Assembly: GCF_050300915.1 (NCBI RefSeq)
Contig: NZ_JBNKYN010000017.1
Location: forward strand, 312-64,311
Length of the DNA: 64,000 nt
Source of the DNA: Amphritea sp.
GTDB taxonomy: Bacteria; Pseudomonadota; Gammaproteobacteria; Pseudomonadales; Balneatricaceae
Reading direction: 5' to 3'
Part shown: one piece after another, positions 46,706 to 56,931 of the stretch
How positions within the stretch are numbered: position 1 is the first letter of the stretch
How the letters are laid out: each line of letters begins with the position of its first letter
Notes under the pieces: generated by a model
What the model saw: only the letters and a program-made list of their open reading frames with translations
Told to the model about the DNA's origin: nothing
The model's database searches: none
Made by a program: the position numbers and the translations under genes

Positions 46706-46729
46706 AATAGCTTTCTCAGTGTTTAAAAC

Positions 46730-47824
46730 TTAAAGTCCGGCCTTCAGACTAGCCTCAATGAACAGATCCAGATCGCCATCCAGCACCTTATCGCAGTTAC
46801 TGCTCTGTACACCGGTACGCAGATCTTTAATCCGCTGGTCATCCAGCACATAAGAACGGATCTGGCTGCCCCAACCGATATCGGCCTTGTTATCTTCCTG
46901 TTCCTGCGCGGCTTCGGAGCGTTTCAGCATCTCCATCTCGTACAGTTTTGCCCGCAGTTGCTTCATACAGGTGTCTTTGTTCTGGTGCTGCGAGCGCTGA
47001 CTCTGGCTCTGCACGACGATGCCTGACGGCCCGTGGGTAATACGCACTGCGGATTCAGTCCGGTTGACGTGCTGACCACCTGCACCAGAAGCGCGGTACA
47101 CATCCACCCGCAGATCGGCGGGGTTGATATCGATCTCTACATTGTCGTCGATCTCCGGGGAGACAAACACCGAAGAGAACGAGGTGTGACGACGACCGCC
47201 GGAGTCAAATGGTGATTTACGCACCAGACGGTGAACCCCGGTCTCGGTACGCAGCCAGCCAAAGGCATAAGCGCCCTGAAAACTGATAGTCGCGGACTTA
47301 ATACCGGCCACATCACCGGCCGAACATTCCAGCAACTCGGTTTTGAAACCCTTGTCTTCGCCCCAGCGCAGATACATCCGCAGCATCATCTCCGCCCAGT
47401 CCTGCGCTTCAGTACCACCGGAGCCCGCCTGAATATCCAGATAGGCGTTGTTAGCATCCGCTTCGCCAGAGAACATCCGACGGAACTCCAGCTGGTTGAG
47501 CAACTCCTCCAGCTTGGCAACTTCGCTGCGTACTTCCTCGACGGTATCTTCATCATCTTCGTCAACCGCCATCTCCAGCAGTTCACGAGCATCGGTTACC
47601 CCAGCGGTCAGATCATCAATGGTTTGCACCACACCTTCCAGCATCGCGCGCTCCTTACCCAGCGCCTGCGCCCGCTCGGGCTCACTCCAGACAGCAGAAT
47701 CTTCCAGCTCCCGATTGACCTCTTCCAGGCGTTCCTGCTTCTCCGGGTATTCCAGATAGCCACGCAGCACCTCGGTACGTTCGGTTATATCTTTCAGGCT
47801 GTTGATGATCGGATTGATTTCCAT
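46730..47824 (-). CDS. prfB: Peptide chain release factor 2, uninterrupted reading frame
   Basis: MEINPI start at 47824, SPF anticodon mimic, GGQ motif; 364 aa with no internal stop. Confidence 0.97.
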   Translation of the reverse strand: MEINPIINSLKDITERTEVLRGYLEYPEKQERLEEVNRELEDSAVWSEPERAQALGKERAMLEGVVQTIDDLTAGVTDARELLEMAVDEDDEDTVEEVRSEVAKLEELLNQLEFRRMFSGEADANNAYLDIQAGSGGTEAQDWAEMMLRMYLRWGEDKGFKTELLECSAGDVAGIKSATISFQGAYAFGWLRTETGVHRLVRKSPFDSGGRRHTSFSSVFVSPEIDDNVEIDINPADLRVDVYRASGAGGQHVNRTESAVRITHGPSGIVVQSQSQRSQHQNKDTCMKQLRAKLYEMEMLKRSEAAQEQEDNKADIGWGSQIRSYVLDDQRIKDLRTGVQSSNCDKVLDGDLDLFIEASLKAGL

Positions 47825-48037
47825 CGTAATCGCTTTACTCTCTCTATCTGCGCTGACTGCGCTATATCTGCACCGGGGCGGCTTCTGCACCAAAGCGGGA
47901 CCGTTTAAAAAGGCAGCATATTTTACCCGATTCCCCGGCAGCTGTGTATCCAAAGGACTGAAAAAACTCGACTTCCGCCCCGTTTATCAGCAAGAATTAG
48001 GGCCTCCAAAGGGAACCTTGAGATAATCGATAACAAT

Positions 48038-49483
48038 ATGTATCCCCTGACGATCCTGTTCTGCCTGCTTTTCTCTTTACTTCCGACCTCCCTGATGGCC
48101 GCCGATGGGGGGGGTCACGCTTATACCGATAGTTTTATCGGCATCATCTGTGTATGCATTTTTCTGATCAGTTACCTGTTTGTACTCGGCGAGGAGTATT
48201 TTCACCTGCGCAAATCGAAACCGGTGATTGTTGCCGCAGGCCTGATCTGGCTGCTCATTGGTCTGGCCTTTACCCTGCAAGGAGATAAAGAAACCGCCGC
48301 CGCAGCGTTCCGACACAACCTGCTTGAGTATGCTGAACTGTTTTTCTTTCTGCTGGCGGCGATGTCCTTTATCACTACCCTGGAAGAGCGACAGCTGTTT
48401 GCCGCCCTGCGCTCCTGGCTGATCTCCTGCAAACTCACGCTGGTGCAGATCTACTGGGCGACGGGGGCACTGGCGTTTTTCCTTTCGCCTATCGCCGACA
48501 ACCTGTCCACGGCACTATTGATGGGCGCCGTGGTCATGGCCGTGGGGCAGCAGAATATCAAGTTTGTTACCGTAGGCTGTATCAATGTCGTGGTAGCCGC
48601 CAATGCGGGCGGGGCCTTCAGCCCCTTTGGCGATATCACCACGCTGATGGTATGGCAGAAAGGAGTGATCGGGTTCGGTGGTTTTTTCCTCCTGTTTATC
48701 CCCGCCATTATCAGCTGGCTGGTGCCCGCTGGCCTGATGTCATTTGCCATCGAAAAAGCCAGCCCACCGCCAGAACAGCGTAATGAAAAGCGCAGTATGA
48801 AACCCGGCGCGCTCCAGGTTCTGCTACTCTTTCTGCTCACCATTCTACTGACGATCAGCAGCCACAGTGTCCTTAACCTGCCCTCGGTGCTGGGGATGAT
48901 GACCGGACTGGGCATTCTGAAACTGTATGGTTATTACCTCAGCCGCTTTGACACCAACATCCGTGATACCGGCCATATCCATAATCACCACATTGATAAT
49001 CTGACCGACCTGCGGCAGATGAAAGGCGATCACACCGATGTTATCCGCCGCTTTGATATCTTTAAGGTGGTGGAACGCTCATCCTGGGATACGCTGATGT
49101 TTTTCTATGGCGTGGTACTGTCGGTGGGGGGATTAGCAACGCTGGGATATCTGGGCTTACTCTCAGATCTGATTTACAGCAGTTTAGGCCCGACCCTGGC
49201 CAACAGCCTGATCGGGATACTCTCCTCACTGATCGATAACATTCCGGTGATGTTTGCCGTCCTGACCATGCAGCCCGAGATGTCGACCAATCAGTGGCTG
49301 CTGGTCACCCTGACGACCGGCATCGGCGGTTCACTGTTATCCATCGGTTCTGCTGCCGGTATCGCCCTGATGGGACAGGCGCAGGGGGTATATACCTTTT
49401 ACACCCATCTTAAATGGAGCTGGGCTATCGGGCTGGGATATCTGCTGAGTATCGCCGCCCACCTGTGGCTGAATGGCGCCTGA
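48038..49483 (+). CDS. nhaD: Na+/H+ antiporter NhaD
   Basis: EEYFHLRKSKP, SPIADNLST, AANAGGAFSPFGDITT, DNIPVM, GGSLLSIGSAAG. Confidence 0.9.
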   Translation: MYPLTILFCLLFSLLPTSLMAADGGGHAYTDSFIGIICVCIFLISYLFVLGEEYFHLRKSKPVIVAAGLIWLLIGLAFTLQGDKETAAAAFRHNLLEYAELFFFLLAAMSFITTLEERQLFAALRSWLISCKLTLVQIYWATGALAFFLSPIADNLSTALLMGAVVMAVGQQNIKFVTVGCINVVVAANAGGAFSPFGDITTLMVWQKGVIGFGGFFLLFIPAIISWLVPAGLMSFAIEKASPPPEQRNEKRSMKPGALQVLLLFLLTILLTISSHSVLNLPSVLGMMTGLGILKLYGYYLSRFDTNIRDTGHIHNHHIDNLTDLRQMKGDHTDVIRRFDIFKVVERSSWDTLMFFYGVVLSVGGLATLGYLGLLSDLIYSSLGPTLANSLIGILSSLIDNIPVMFAVLTMQPEMSTNQWLLVTLTTGIGGSLLSIGSAAGIALMGQAQGVYTFYTHLKWSWAIGLGYLLSIAAHLWLNGA

Positions 49484-49540
49484 CGGCTACCCGGCAGTTA
49501 ATTAAATCAAGACGCCCGGATTATCTATATTGTTCAGCGT

Positions 49541-50059
49541 TCAGAGCGCAAACGCTTCCATCACCTGGGGTACCCACTGGGCGATTCGGTCAGCGGTCAG
49601 CTCACTCTGACAATCTTCATCCAGTGCCAGGCCGACAAAGTAATCCTGACTGGCATTCAGCGCTTTAGACTCCTCGAAGTTGTAACCATAGATCGGCCAG
49701 TAGCCACACATAGTGGCACCCCGACTAACCAGTTTGTCATGCAGTGCCCCCATCGCATCGAGAAACCACTCACCATAGCCAACCTGATCACCCAGACCAA
49801 ACAGTGCACATTTAACCCCTTTCAGGTCAACGTCATCCAGTTCAGCCCACACATCAGACCAATCCTCCTGAAGCTCACCGTAATCCCAGGTGGGAATCCC
49901 CAGAATCAGATAACGATACGCAGTCAGTTGCTCCACCCCTTCGGCGGCCAACTCATGAATATTCACCCGTTCAAGGCCAACGTAAGCCGCTATCAGCTCC
50001 GCACAGCTTTCCGTGTTTCCTGTTGTTGAGCCGTAAAAAAGCCCTACCTCTTTACTCAT
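49541..50059 (-). CDS. fldB: Long-chain flavodoxin (FldB-like)
   Basis: FYGSTTGNT, GIPTWDYGELQEDW, FGLGDQVGY, FVGLALDED. Confidence 0.85.
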   Translation of the reverse strand: MSKEVGLFYGSTTGNTESCAELIAAYVGLERVNIHELAAEGVEQLTAYRYLILGIPTWDYGELQEDWSDVWAELDDVDLKGVKCALFGLGDQVGYGEWFLDAMGALHDKLVSRGATMCGYWPIYGYNFEESKALNASQDYFVGLALDEDCQSELTADRIAQWVPQVMEAFAL

Positions 50060-50096
50060 TGCGTCTCACTTAATTCATCAGATCAGAGCAGAACAA

Positions 50097-50447
50097 TTAT
50101 CGCTTTGGAGCAAACGCATCGAAGGCATCACCCGCCAGCCGCTCAACCGATTCCCGGGCGTTATGCAGTGCCTTGAGATTTCTGTCATTCGCCTGTTTCA
50201 GTGTTTCTTCAAGCTGGGCAGCATATTCCTGCTGCGACCGGATCAGCTCCTCGGCAGAGTTGCAGTTCTGCATCTGCCGGGTTTGTGCCACAGTGGCGTC
50301 AATACAAGCCTTAGTACACTCCATCTGCTGCCGGGTAAGCTCTTCCAGCATTTTTGTCTGGATATTCACCAGCTCTTTGAATGGACCGATAGACTGACTC
50401 AATACTTTAGACATATCTTGAAACATAACAATATCCTCACTCGCCAC
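50097..50447 (-). CDS. Phasin family (PHA granule-associated) protein
   Basis: 116-aa helical, Gln/Glu/Ala-rich coiled-coil pattern typical of Phasin_2. Confidence 0.65.
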   Translation of the reverse strand: MASEDIVMFQDMSKVLSQSIGPFKELVNIQTKMLEELTRQQMECTKACIDATVAQTRQMQNCNSAEELIRSQQEYAAQLEETLKQANDRNLKALHNARESVERLAGDAFDAFAPKR

Positions 50448-50552
50448 TCGGCAGTGCTTTAGAAAGCCAAATATTACACGCTGTATGATTTAATCTGCCA
50501 GATGAATAGTTTACGATGAACCACTGTCCGGCCACAAACAGGAGATCTCAAA

Positions 50553-50933
50553 ATGCGACTATTGCATACCATGCTCAGAGTTACCGATCTGCAGAAATCA
50601 ATCTCATTCTATACTGAGATACTGAATATGAAACTGTTACGTCGCAAGGACTTTCCTGACGGCAAGTTCACCCTCGCCTTTCTCGGCTATGGCCCTGAGT
50701 CTGACAACACCGTACTGGAGCTAACCCATAACTGGGAAACCGATAGCTATGAAATGGGCAACGCCTACGGCCATATTGCCATCGAAGTAGAAGATGTATA
50801 CGCCTCCTGTGAAAAAATAAAATCTCTCGGAGGACAGGTTGTCCGGGAACCCGGCCCGATGATGCATGGCTCGACCATCCTGGCATTTGTCCGCGACCCT
50901 GACGGCTATATGATCGAACTGCTGGGCAATTAG
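50553..50933 (+). CDS. gloA: Lactoylglutathione lyase (glyoxalase I)
   Basis: [31 protein letters not shown]. Confidence 0.96.
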   Translation: MRLLHTMLRVTDLQKSISFYTEILNMKLLRRKDFPDGKFTLAFLGYGPESDNTVLELTHNWETDSYEMGNAYGHIAIEVEDVYASCEKIKSLGGQVVREPGPMMHGSTILAFVRDPDGYMIELLGN

Positions 50934-51180
50934 GCCTGCCGCCGGAACAGTCTGCGAGCTTATCCGGCCCCGCACCTGCCAGCAATTTTCACCAAAGTCA
51001 TGATTTTTTAACCCCGATCATGTAGAATGCGCCCAACATTAGACCTTGCTAATTAAGCTATTTGCTGATCTGCGCCAACAGTGCCTGCCAAAAAGATCCG
51101 TTTTGTCCCTATCAACTTCGGAAAGCAGGCCGCTATAATGGGCGCCAAATTTTTACCTTTAACCATACGGGCGTAACTCG

Positions 51181-51987
51181 ATGAGTAAGAAACTACTACT
51201 GGCCATGACCGGGCTGCTACTGACTCTCAACACAGCCTCCGCATATGCCGCCAGTCTGGCAAAAGGTCTGAAAGCCTTTGAAGCCAAGGACTACAGCACT
51301 GCTATGACTGAGCTGAAGCCACTGATCAATGACAACAATCTGGACGCGATGAATATCGTTGGTCAGATGTACGAATTCGGTCTGGGCGTTGAAGTCGACG
51401 AACAGCAAGCTTTGAAACTTTATAATCGTTGTAGCATGCAGGGCCATCTGGACTGTGTTAACAGTCTGCGCGCTTACAAAAACAAAGGTTACAAAGTTGA
51501 GCTGAAAACCGTTGAGCCCGCCGCTGAATCCGGCGATCCGACCGCTCAGAACCGTCTCGGCGAGATGTATGAGTTTGGCTATGGGGTCAACCGCGATGCA
51601 GCCCAGGCGATCAAATGGTACACCCTGGCTGCCGATCAGGGCCTGGTGCTCGCGCAACACAACCTGGGCCGGGCATATAACTTCGGCACTGGTGTTCAGC
51701 AGGATTTTGCCCAGGCTGAAAACTGGTACCGCAAAGCAGCTGAGCAGGGGCACATGGATGCGATGTTCTTCCTCGGCGCACTCTACTCCAATGACCACGG
51801 CGAAGAGAATGATAAGCAGACCAACATCATCGCTTATGCCTGGTTACAAAACGCTCTGGAGCTGGGCAATCAAACCGCCGCTGCAATCCAGTCACGGATC
51901 GTGATGAAACTCTCTGATGCCGAGCTGGAACAAGCGAAGGCACTGGCGAAAGAGTACAAAGATAAGTTTGTTACACCGTTCAAGTAA
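51181..51987 (+). CDS. Secreted Sel1-like repeat protein
   Basis: Signal peptide (AYA-A) and several AQ..LG.MY..G.GV SLR repeats. Confidence 0.88.
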   Translation: MSKKLLLAMTGLLLTLNTASAYAASLAKGLKAFEAKDYSTAMTELKPLINDNNLDAMNIVGQMYEFGLGVEVDEQQALKLYNRCSMQGHLDCVNSLRAYKNKGYKVELKTVEPAAESGDPTAQNRLGEMYEFGYGVNRDAAQAIKWYTLAADQGLVLAQHNLGRAYNFGTGVQQDFAQAENWYRKAAEQGHMDAMFFLGALYSNDHGEENDKQTNIIAYAWLQNALELGNQTAAAIQSRIVMKLSDAELEQAKALAKEYKDKFVTPFK

Positions 51988-52003
51988 GCACGAAACGCTT
52001 CAG

Positions 52004-52033
52004 AAAACCGGACCCTGGCGTCCGGTTTTTTTA
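52004..52033 (+). terminator. Intrinsic terminator after the Sel1 gene
   Basis: AAAACCGGACCCTGGCGTCCGGTTTTTTT. Confidence 0.8.
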
Positions 52034-52132
52034 TGCCTTTGCCGGTAACAACACAGCATATTTTGGTGGTATAGTCTGCGCAGTTCACTGGGTTATGCCA
52101 CAACAGCATCCGCGATGCAGGCATAGCCAGTC

Positions 52133-52606
52133 ATGACCAAGCAGCAAGAGACAGTAAGAATTAAGATGAGCATACCTTTCCCTGAACTTGAAGGCGAACT
52201 GCGCCAACCAAGCCTTCTGCGCCGTTTTGCCGCGATGATCTATGACGGTTTTCTGGTGGTGGCTATCTGGATGTGTACCGGCTTTGCAGCAGTCGGCCTG
52301 AATCATGGAGAATCCGTCAGCGGGCCGTTGTTCCAGACCGTGCTCTTTTTGCTGACCTTCGCCTTTTTTGCCTACTTCTGGGTTCGTCTGGGCCAGACCC
52401 TCGGAATGCAAGCCTGGAAACTACGGGTGCAGACGCTGGATGGCAAACACATCAGCCTGCGCCAGGCCCTGATCCGCTTTATGACCGCCATCGTCTCATT
52501 CGCCTGCTTAGGCCTGGGCTTCTTCTGGATGCTGTTTTCATCCAACAAAGCCACCTGGCATGACAGCTTCTCAGAAACGCAGATTGTTCTCCTTCCTAAA
52601 AACTGA
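52133..52606 (+). CDS. RDD family membrane protein
   Basis: RRFAAMIYD, GQTLGMQAWKL, WHD motifs; usual neighbour of lptG. Confidence 0.9.
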   Translation: MTKQQETVRIKMSIPFPELEGELRQPSLLRRFAAMIYDGFLVVAIWMCTGFAAVGLNHGESVSGPLFQTVLFLLTFAFFAYFWVRLGQTLGMQAWKLRVQTLDGKHISLRQALIRFMTAIVSFACLGLGFFWMLFSSNKATWHDSFSETQIVLLPKN

Positions 52607-52651
52607 AGTAAGAACGCTTTTCGGGGTTAACTGGATGTTAAATATAAAGTT

Positions 52652-52952
52652 GCTAGAACGGAAGCTTCGCTTCCTGCTAGTAGTTAGACGCAACTGCGTT
52701 GCTTGCTAGAAAAAGCAAAGATTAAGAGCAATAGCACGGAGTGGCTTTAATCTTTTTCCAGCAAGCGCAGCGTTCTAACCACTAGCAAGTCACGCAGTGA
52801 CGTCTAGAACGGAAGCTTCGCTTCCTGCTAGTAGTTGCGTTGCTCGCTAGAAAAAGCAAAGATTAAGAGCAATAGCACGGAGTGGCTTTGATCTTTTTCT
52901 AGCAAGCGCAGCGTTCTAACCACTAGCAAGTCACGCAGTGACGTCTAGCTAG
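52652..52952. repeat. Two tandem copies (151 and 141 bp) of the complete CTAG-hairpin element
   Basis: Units begin CTAGAACGGAAGCTTCGCTTCCTGCTAG at 52653 and 52804; both carry the same core AAAAAGCAAAGATTAAGAGCAATAGCACGGAGTGGCTTT. Confidence 0.92.
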
Positions 52953-52975
52953 CCGAACTTGTTCGGCGGTCTGAC

Positions 52976-53010
52976 GAGCAGGATAAATTGCTGCGCAATT
53001 TATCCTGCTC
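52976..53010. repeat. Perfect 16-bp inverted repeat with TGC loop overlapping the lptG stop codon
   Basis: GAGCAGGATAAATTGC-TGC-GCAATTTATCCTGCTC. Confidence 0.85.
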
Positions 53011-54061
53011 GTTTAATCAACCAACTACCCAGCATCATGCAGATCATGATCGGCACCAATGCCGCCCACACCGGGTCAACATTGTAGAGGCTGCTCATCG
53101 GCGCGAGGATATCCTGGCTGATTTTGAAGATCATCCCCACCACCACGCCGGTGATAATGCGTTGTCCGGAAGAGACGCTGCGCAGTGAGCCAAAGATAAA
53201 CGACACCGCCACCAGCACCAGACCGATAATGGCCAACGGCTGCAAAGCCTTGCGCCAGAAACTCTGCATATAACGGTCGTTATCCAACTCCTGCTCGGCA
53301 AGATAGCGGCTGTACTGATACAACTCGCTGGTCGACATCTCTTTCGGCTTCACCAGCAACACTTTAAGGCGTTGCGGATTCAACTCTATGCGCCACTCCT
53401 GAGAGTCATAATGGGTGGTCTCTGTTCGGTTGTCGATAAAACGGGTTTCCACCACATCTTTCAGCACCCAGACGCCATTCGCATAGTGACCGGTTTTGCC
53501 ATAGCTGCTGTAAGACAGACTGCTATCAGCGGCGAGACCAAAACGGGTCACCCCCTGTATATCGCCAGCCGGTGTCACCACGTTGATATGAACGTATTCG
53601 CCGTTCTCCCGATGCCAGACCCCGGTGCGGGCAGAGATTGTCCCCCGGTTAAGGTGCTGTGCACGAATACTCTCTGACAGTGCACCGGCATATGGCGCAA
53701 CATACTCACCCAGAAACAGTGCCAGAACCGCCAACACGATGATCGGCTTCAACACCATCCCCACCATCCGCCAGACCGACACCCCTGCCGCCCGCATCAC
53801 CGTGAGCTCACTGCCGCTGGCCAACCCTCCCAGGCCCAGCAGACAGCCGACCAGACACCCCAGTGGCAGATATTCATAAAAGGCGGCGGGCATATTCAGC
53901 GCGGAATACCCCAGCATAATCAACAGGGTATAGCCTTCATTCAGCTCCGACATTTCGTCGATCACCTGAAACAGAAAGTCCAGACCAACAACAATCAGCA
54001 TCACCACCATAATGCTGATTAAAACCTGTTTACCGACATAGCGATCCAGCTTAAGCAGCAT
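53000..54061 (-). CDS. lptG: LPS export ABC transporter permease LptG
   Basis: KLDRYVG, SELTVMRAAGVS, FGSLRS; downstream of lptF. Confidence 0.94.
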   Translation of the reverse strand: MLLKLDRYVGKQVLISIMVVMLIVVGLDFLFQVIDEMSELNEGYTLLIMLGYSALNMPAAFYEYLPLGCLVGCLLGLGGLASGSELTVMRAAGVSVWRMVGMVLKPIIVLAVLALFLGEYVAPYAGALSESIRAQHLNRGTISARTGVWHRENGEYVHINVVTPAGDIQGVTRFGLAADSSLSYSSYGKTGHYANGVWVLKDVVETRFIDNRTETTHYDSQEWRIELNPQRLKVLLVKPKEMSTSELYQYSRYLAEQELDNDRYMQSFWRKALQPLAIIGLVLVAVSFIFGSLRSVSSGQRIITGVVVGMIFKISQDILAPMSSLYNVDPVWAALVPIMICMMLGSWLIKRAG

Positions 54062-55154
54062 GATCAACCCTCCGCCGGCTCAGCAGTCTCTTCAACTTAC
54101 CATCCGTACTTAATAACCCCATTGCCAGTGCGAAGAACAGCAGGTGTACCAGCCACAGCAGAATCACCTCACCACCATCGCGTTCTATATATTTACGCAC
54201 ATTGGTCAACAGCATCAGATAGGCCATATACAGCAGGATCGAGGGGATCAGCTTGGCATAGCGCCCCTGACGTGGATTAGTCCGGCTTAGCGGTACCGCC
54301 AGCAGCGCTACAATCAGCGTCAGCATCGGCAGCGATAAACGCCAGTGCAGCTGGGCTTTTTCCGCCGCATTACCATCGATAAGCTTCCAGCTGGGCAGCG
54401 AGTAGAGTTCATTCACCTGCTGAATCGGTTGCTGGTCCGGCAGGCGGATGCCGTACTCTTCAAAGGCGATCTGGCGATAATCCGCTTCGCCGGGATTGCC
54501 CTCATAGCGATAACCATTATCCAGCACCAGATAGCGGATACCGGTGTCCGGATTGGTATAGCTGCGGCCTTTTTCAGCCACCACCATCACCGCCTTCTCC
54601 CGGTCATCCAGCGTCACTTTTTCGGAGATAAACACCCCTTGCATCGTGCCACTGGTTTTATCCAGATTCTCAATATAGGTAACCCGGTTACCCCGGGGCA
54701 TCGTCTGAAAACGCCCTTCGGTGATCACATCAAACTCACCAATATTACGCTGCTTCTGCAGCATAATTTCGGTCTGGTTAGCCCCGACAGGCGACAGATA
54801 CAGGCTCATCAGCGCAACCAGCAGCGCAGTCAACAGCGCTGGCCCGAGGGTATACATTGTCAGGCGACGCTGACTCATGCCAGTGGCCTGCAACACCACC
54901 ATCTCGCTTTCAAGATACAGACGACCATAAGCCAGCAAAATACCGAGAAACAGCCCCAGCGGCAAAATCAGCTCAAGAAAACCGGGCATCCGGAACAGAA
55001 GGTAGTAGAATACCGCCTCCATCGGTATTTCACCGGCGGCGGCAATACTCAGATAACTGATAAAACGGCCACTCATAATGATCAACAGCAGTACCAGAGT
55101 GACTGCGGCCATGCTGATCAACACCTCTTTGGCCAGGTAGCGAAAGATAATCAA
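54051..55154 (-). CDS. lptF: LPS export ABC transporter permease LptF
   Basis: LIIFRYL (TTG start at 55154), GRLYLESEM, PLSRTNPRQGRY. Confidence 0.94.
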   Translation of the reverse strand: MIIFRYLAKEVLISMAAVTLVLLLIIMSGRFISYLSIAAAGEIPMEAVFYYLLFRMPGFLELILPLGLFLGILLAYGRLYLESEMVVLQATGMSQRRLTMYTLGPALLTALLVALMSLYLSPVGANQTEIMLQKQRNIGEFDVITEGRFQTMPRGNRVTYIENLDKTSGTMQGVFISEKVTLDDREKAVMVVAEKGRSYTNPDTGIRYLVLDNGYRYEGNPGEADYRQIAFEEYGIRLPDQQPIQQVNELYSLPSWKLIDGNAAEKAQLHWRLSLPMLTLIVALLAVPLSRTNPRQGRYAKLIPSILLYMAYLMLLTNVRKYIERDGGEVILLWLVHLLFFALAMGLLSTDGKLKRLLSRRRVDHAA

Positions 55155-55333
55155 ACTGCCATATCCTGTGTAATTGCAGATAAAGAATTCTCTCTGATAC
55201 CGAAAACAGGGTTTTGTTTCTGCGGCATTAGGATAAAATCCGGGTATCAATTTAAAATCGGCCCAACAGATACAGGTTGAGCAGGTGCGTCATTATCTTA
55301 TAAACCAAGCACGATGTCTTGTGTGGAGAAAGC

Positions 55334-56833
55334 ATGGAATTTGAAATCGTTACCGGTTCAGTAGAATCCCTTGAAACTGACTGTTTAATCGTCGGCGTCG
55401 CCCCGGGTGGCGAGCTTGCCCCCTCTGCGGATCTGATAAACCAGGCATCAGCGGGTTATCTGAAAGAGGTGCTGGGAGATCACCAGGGCAAAGTCGGCGA
55501 AACCCTGCTGCTGCACAAGGTTCCGGGCATCAGCGCCAGCCGTGTTCTGTTAATCGGTCTGGGCAAAAAAGAGGAACGCAGCGACCGCAATCAGGTCAAA
55601 ATAATCCAGAGCATCATGAGCAATCTGAAAGCGATCCGCTGCAAAACCGCCGTCATCGCGCTGGATGGCCAGGAAAGCGCGGATCAGGACCTTTACCGTC
55701 AGCTGCGTCACAACACCGAATGGGCCAGCGCCGAGCTGTATCAGTATGACGCAACCAAGAGCAAAAAAGCTGACCCACTCAGCCTTGAAAGCATCGCGTT
55801 TCTGCTAAGCCATGATGACGCCGAGCTGGGCGAGTTTTCCATTAGTGATGGTTCTGCCATCGCCAACGGTATCGACACCGCCCGCGAACTGGGCAACCTG
55901 CCGGGCAATATCTGCACCCCATCCTACCTGGCCGAGAAAGCGCTGGCACTGGCAACCGAATGCGAAGAGCTGACCACCACTATCCTCGACGAAGAGGAGA
56001 TGGCACAACTGGGCATGCACTCGCTGCTGTCGGTCGGCAAAGGCAGCTCCGAAGCGTCCAAGCTGATTGTCATGGAATACCAGGGTGGCGAACCAGACCA
56101 GCAGCCTCATGTACTGGTGGGCAAAGGGATCACCTTCGACACTGGCGGCATCAGCCTGAAGCCGGGTCTGAAGATGGACGAGATGAAGTTTGATATGTGC
56201 GGTGCCGCCAGTGTCATGGGTGCCATGGAAGCACTGACACAACTGGGCCTGGACCTTAACGTTGTGGGTATTATTGCCGCTGCAGAAAACATGCCTTCCG
56301 GTAACGCGTCCAAGCCCGGTGATATCGTCACCACCCTGTCCGGCCAGACCGTTGAGATTCTCAACACGGACGCTGAAGGCCGTCTGGTGCTGTGTGATGC
56401 GCTGACCTATGCTGAGCGGTTTGACCCGGCCACCGTCGTCGATGTTGCCACCCTGACTGGTGCCTGTATCGTCGCCCTGGGCAACCATGCGACCGGCCTG
56501 CTCTCCAACGACGACCTGCTGGCTGATGACCTGATGGCCGCCGGTGAGTTTGCCGCTGACAAAGTCTGGCGCCTGCCATTGTGGGACGAATATCAGGAAC
56601 AGCTGGACAGCAACTTTGCTGACATCGCCAACATCGGCGGACCGGCCGCAGGCACCATCACTGCCGCCTGCTTCCTGTCCCGCTTCACCAAGAAATACCG
56701 CTGGGCACACCTGGATATCGCGGGCGTTGCCTGGAACAGCAACGGCAAAGCGAAGGGTGCAACCGGACGCTGCGTACCCCTGCTATGTCAGCATCTGATT
56801 GCGCAGGTGGATGATCTGACCGACGACGAGTAA
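55334..56833 (+). CDS. pepA: Cytosol leucyl aminopeptidase PepA (M17)
   Basis: VGKGITFDTGG, MKFDMCGAA, NTDAEGRL, WAHLDIAG; ATG at 55334. Confidence 0.96.
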   Translation: MEFEIVTGSVESLETDCLIVGVAPGGELAPSADLINQASAGYLKEVLGDHQGKVGETLLLHKVPGISASRVLLIGLGKKEERSDRNQVKIIQSIMSNLKAIRCKTAVIALDGQESADQDLYRQLRHNTEWASAELYQYDATKSKKADPLSLESIAFLLSHDDAELGEFSISDGSAIANGIDTARELGNLPGNICTPSYLAEKALALATECEELTTTILDEEEMAQLGMHSLLSVGKGSSEASKLIVMEYQGGEPDQQPHVLVGKGITFDTGGISLKPGLKMDEMKFDMCGAASVMGAMEALTQLGLDLNVVGIIAAAENMPSGNASKPGDIVTTLSGQTVEILNTDAEGRLVLCDALTYAERFDPATVVDVATLTGACIVALGNHATGLLSNDDLLADDLMAAGEFAADKVWRLPLWDEYQEQLDSNFADIANIGGPAAGTITAACFLSRFTKKYRWAHLDIAGVAWNSNGKAKGATGRCVPLLCQHLIAQVDDLTDDE

Positions 56834-56931
56834 ATCCGGATCTTAACGGGCCAGGGCTACGGTTTTATGCCTGTCCTGAGCCGTTAAGCCTGCGGATTCA
56901 CTCTGCCAGCTGATGCCAACAGGATCGCTAA

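Noticed and set aside
52652-52952. CRISPR array interpretation of the tandem repeats
   Set aside because: The intervening sequences are duplicated rather than unique spacers, unit lengths are irregular, and no cas genes are present.
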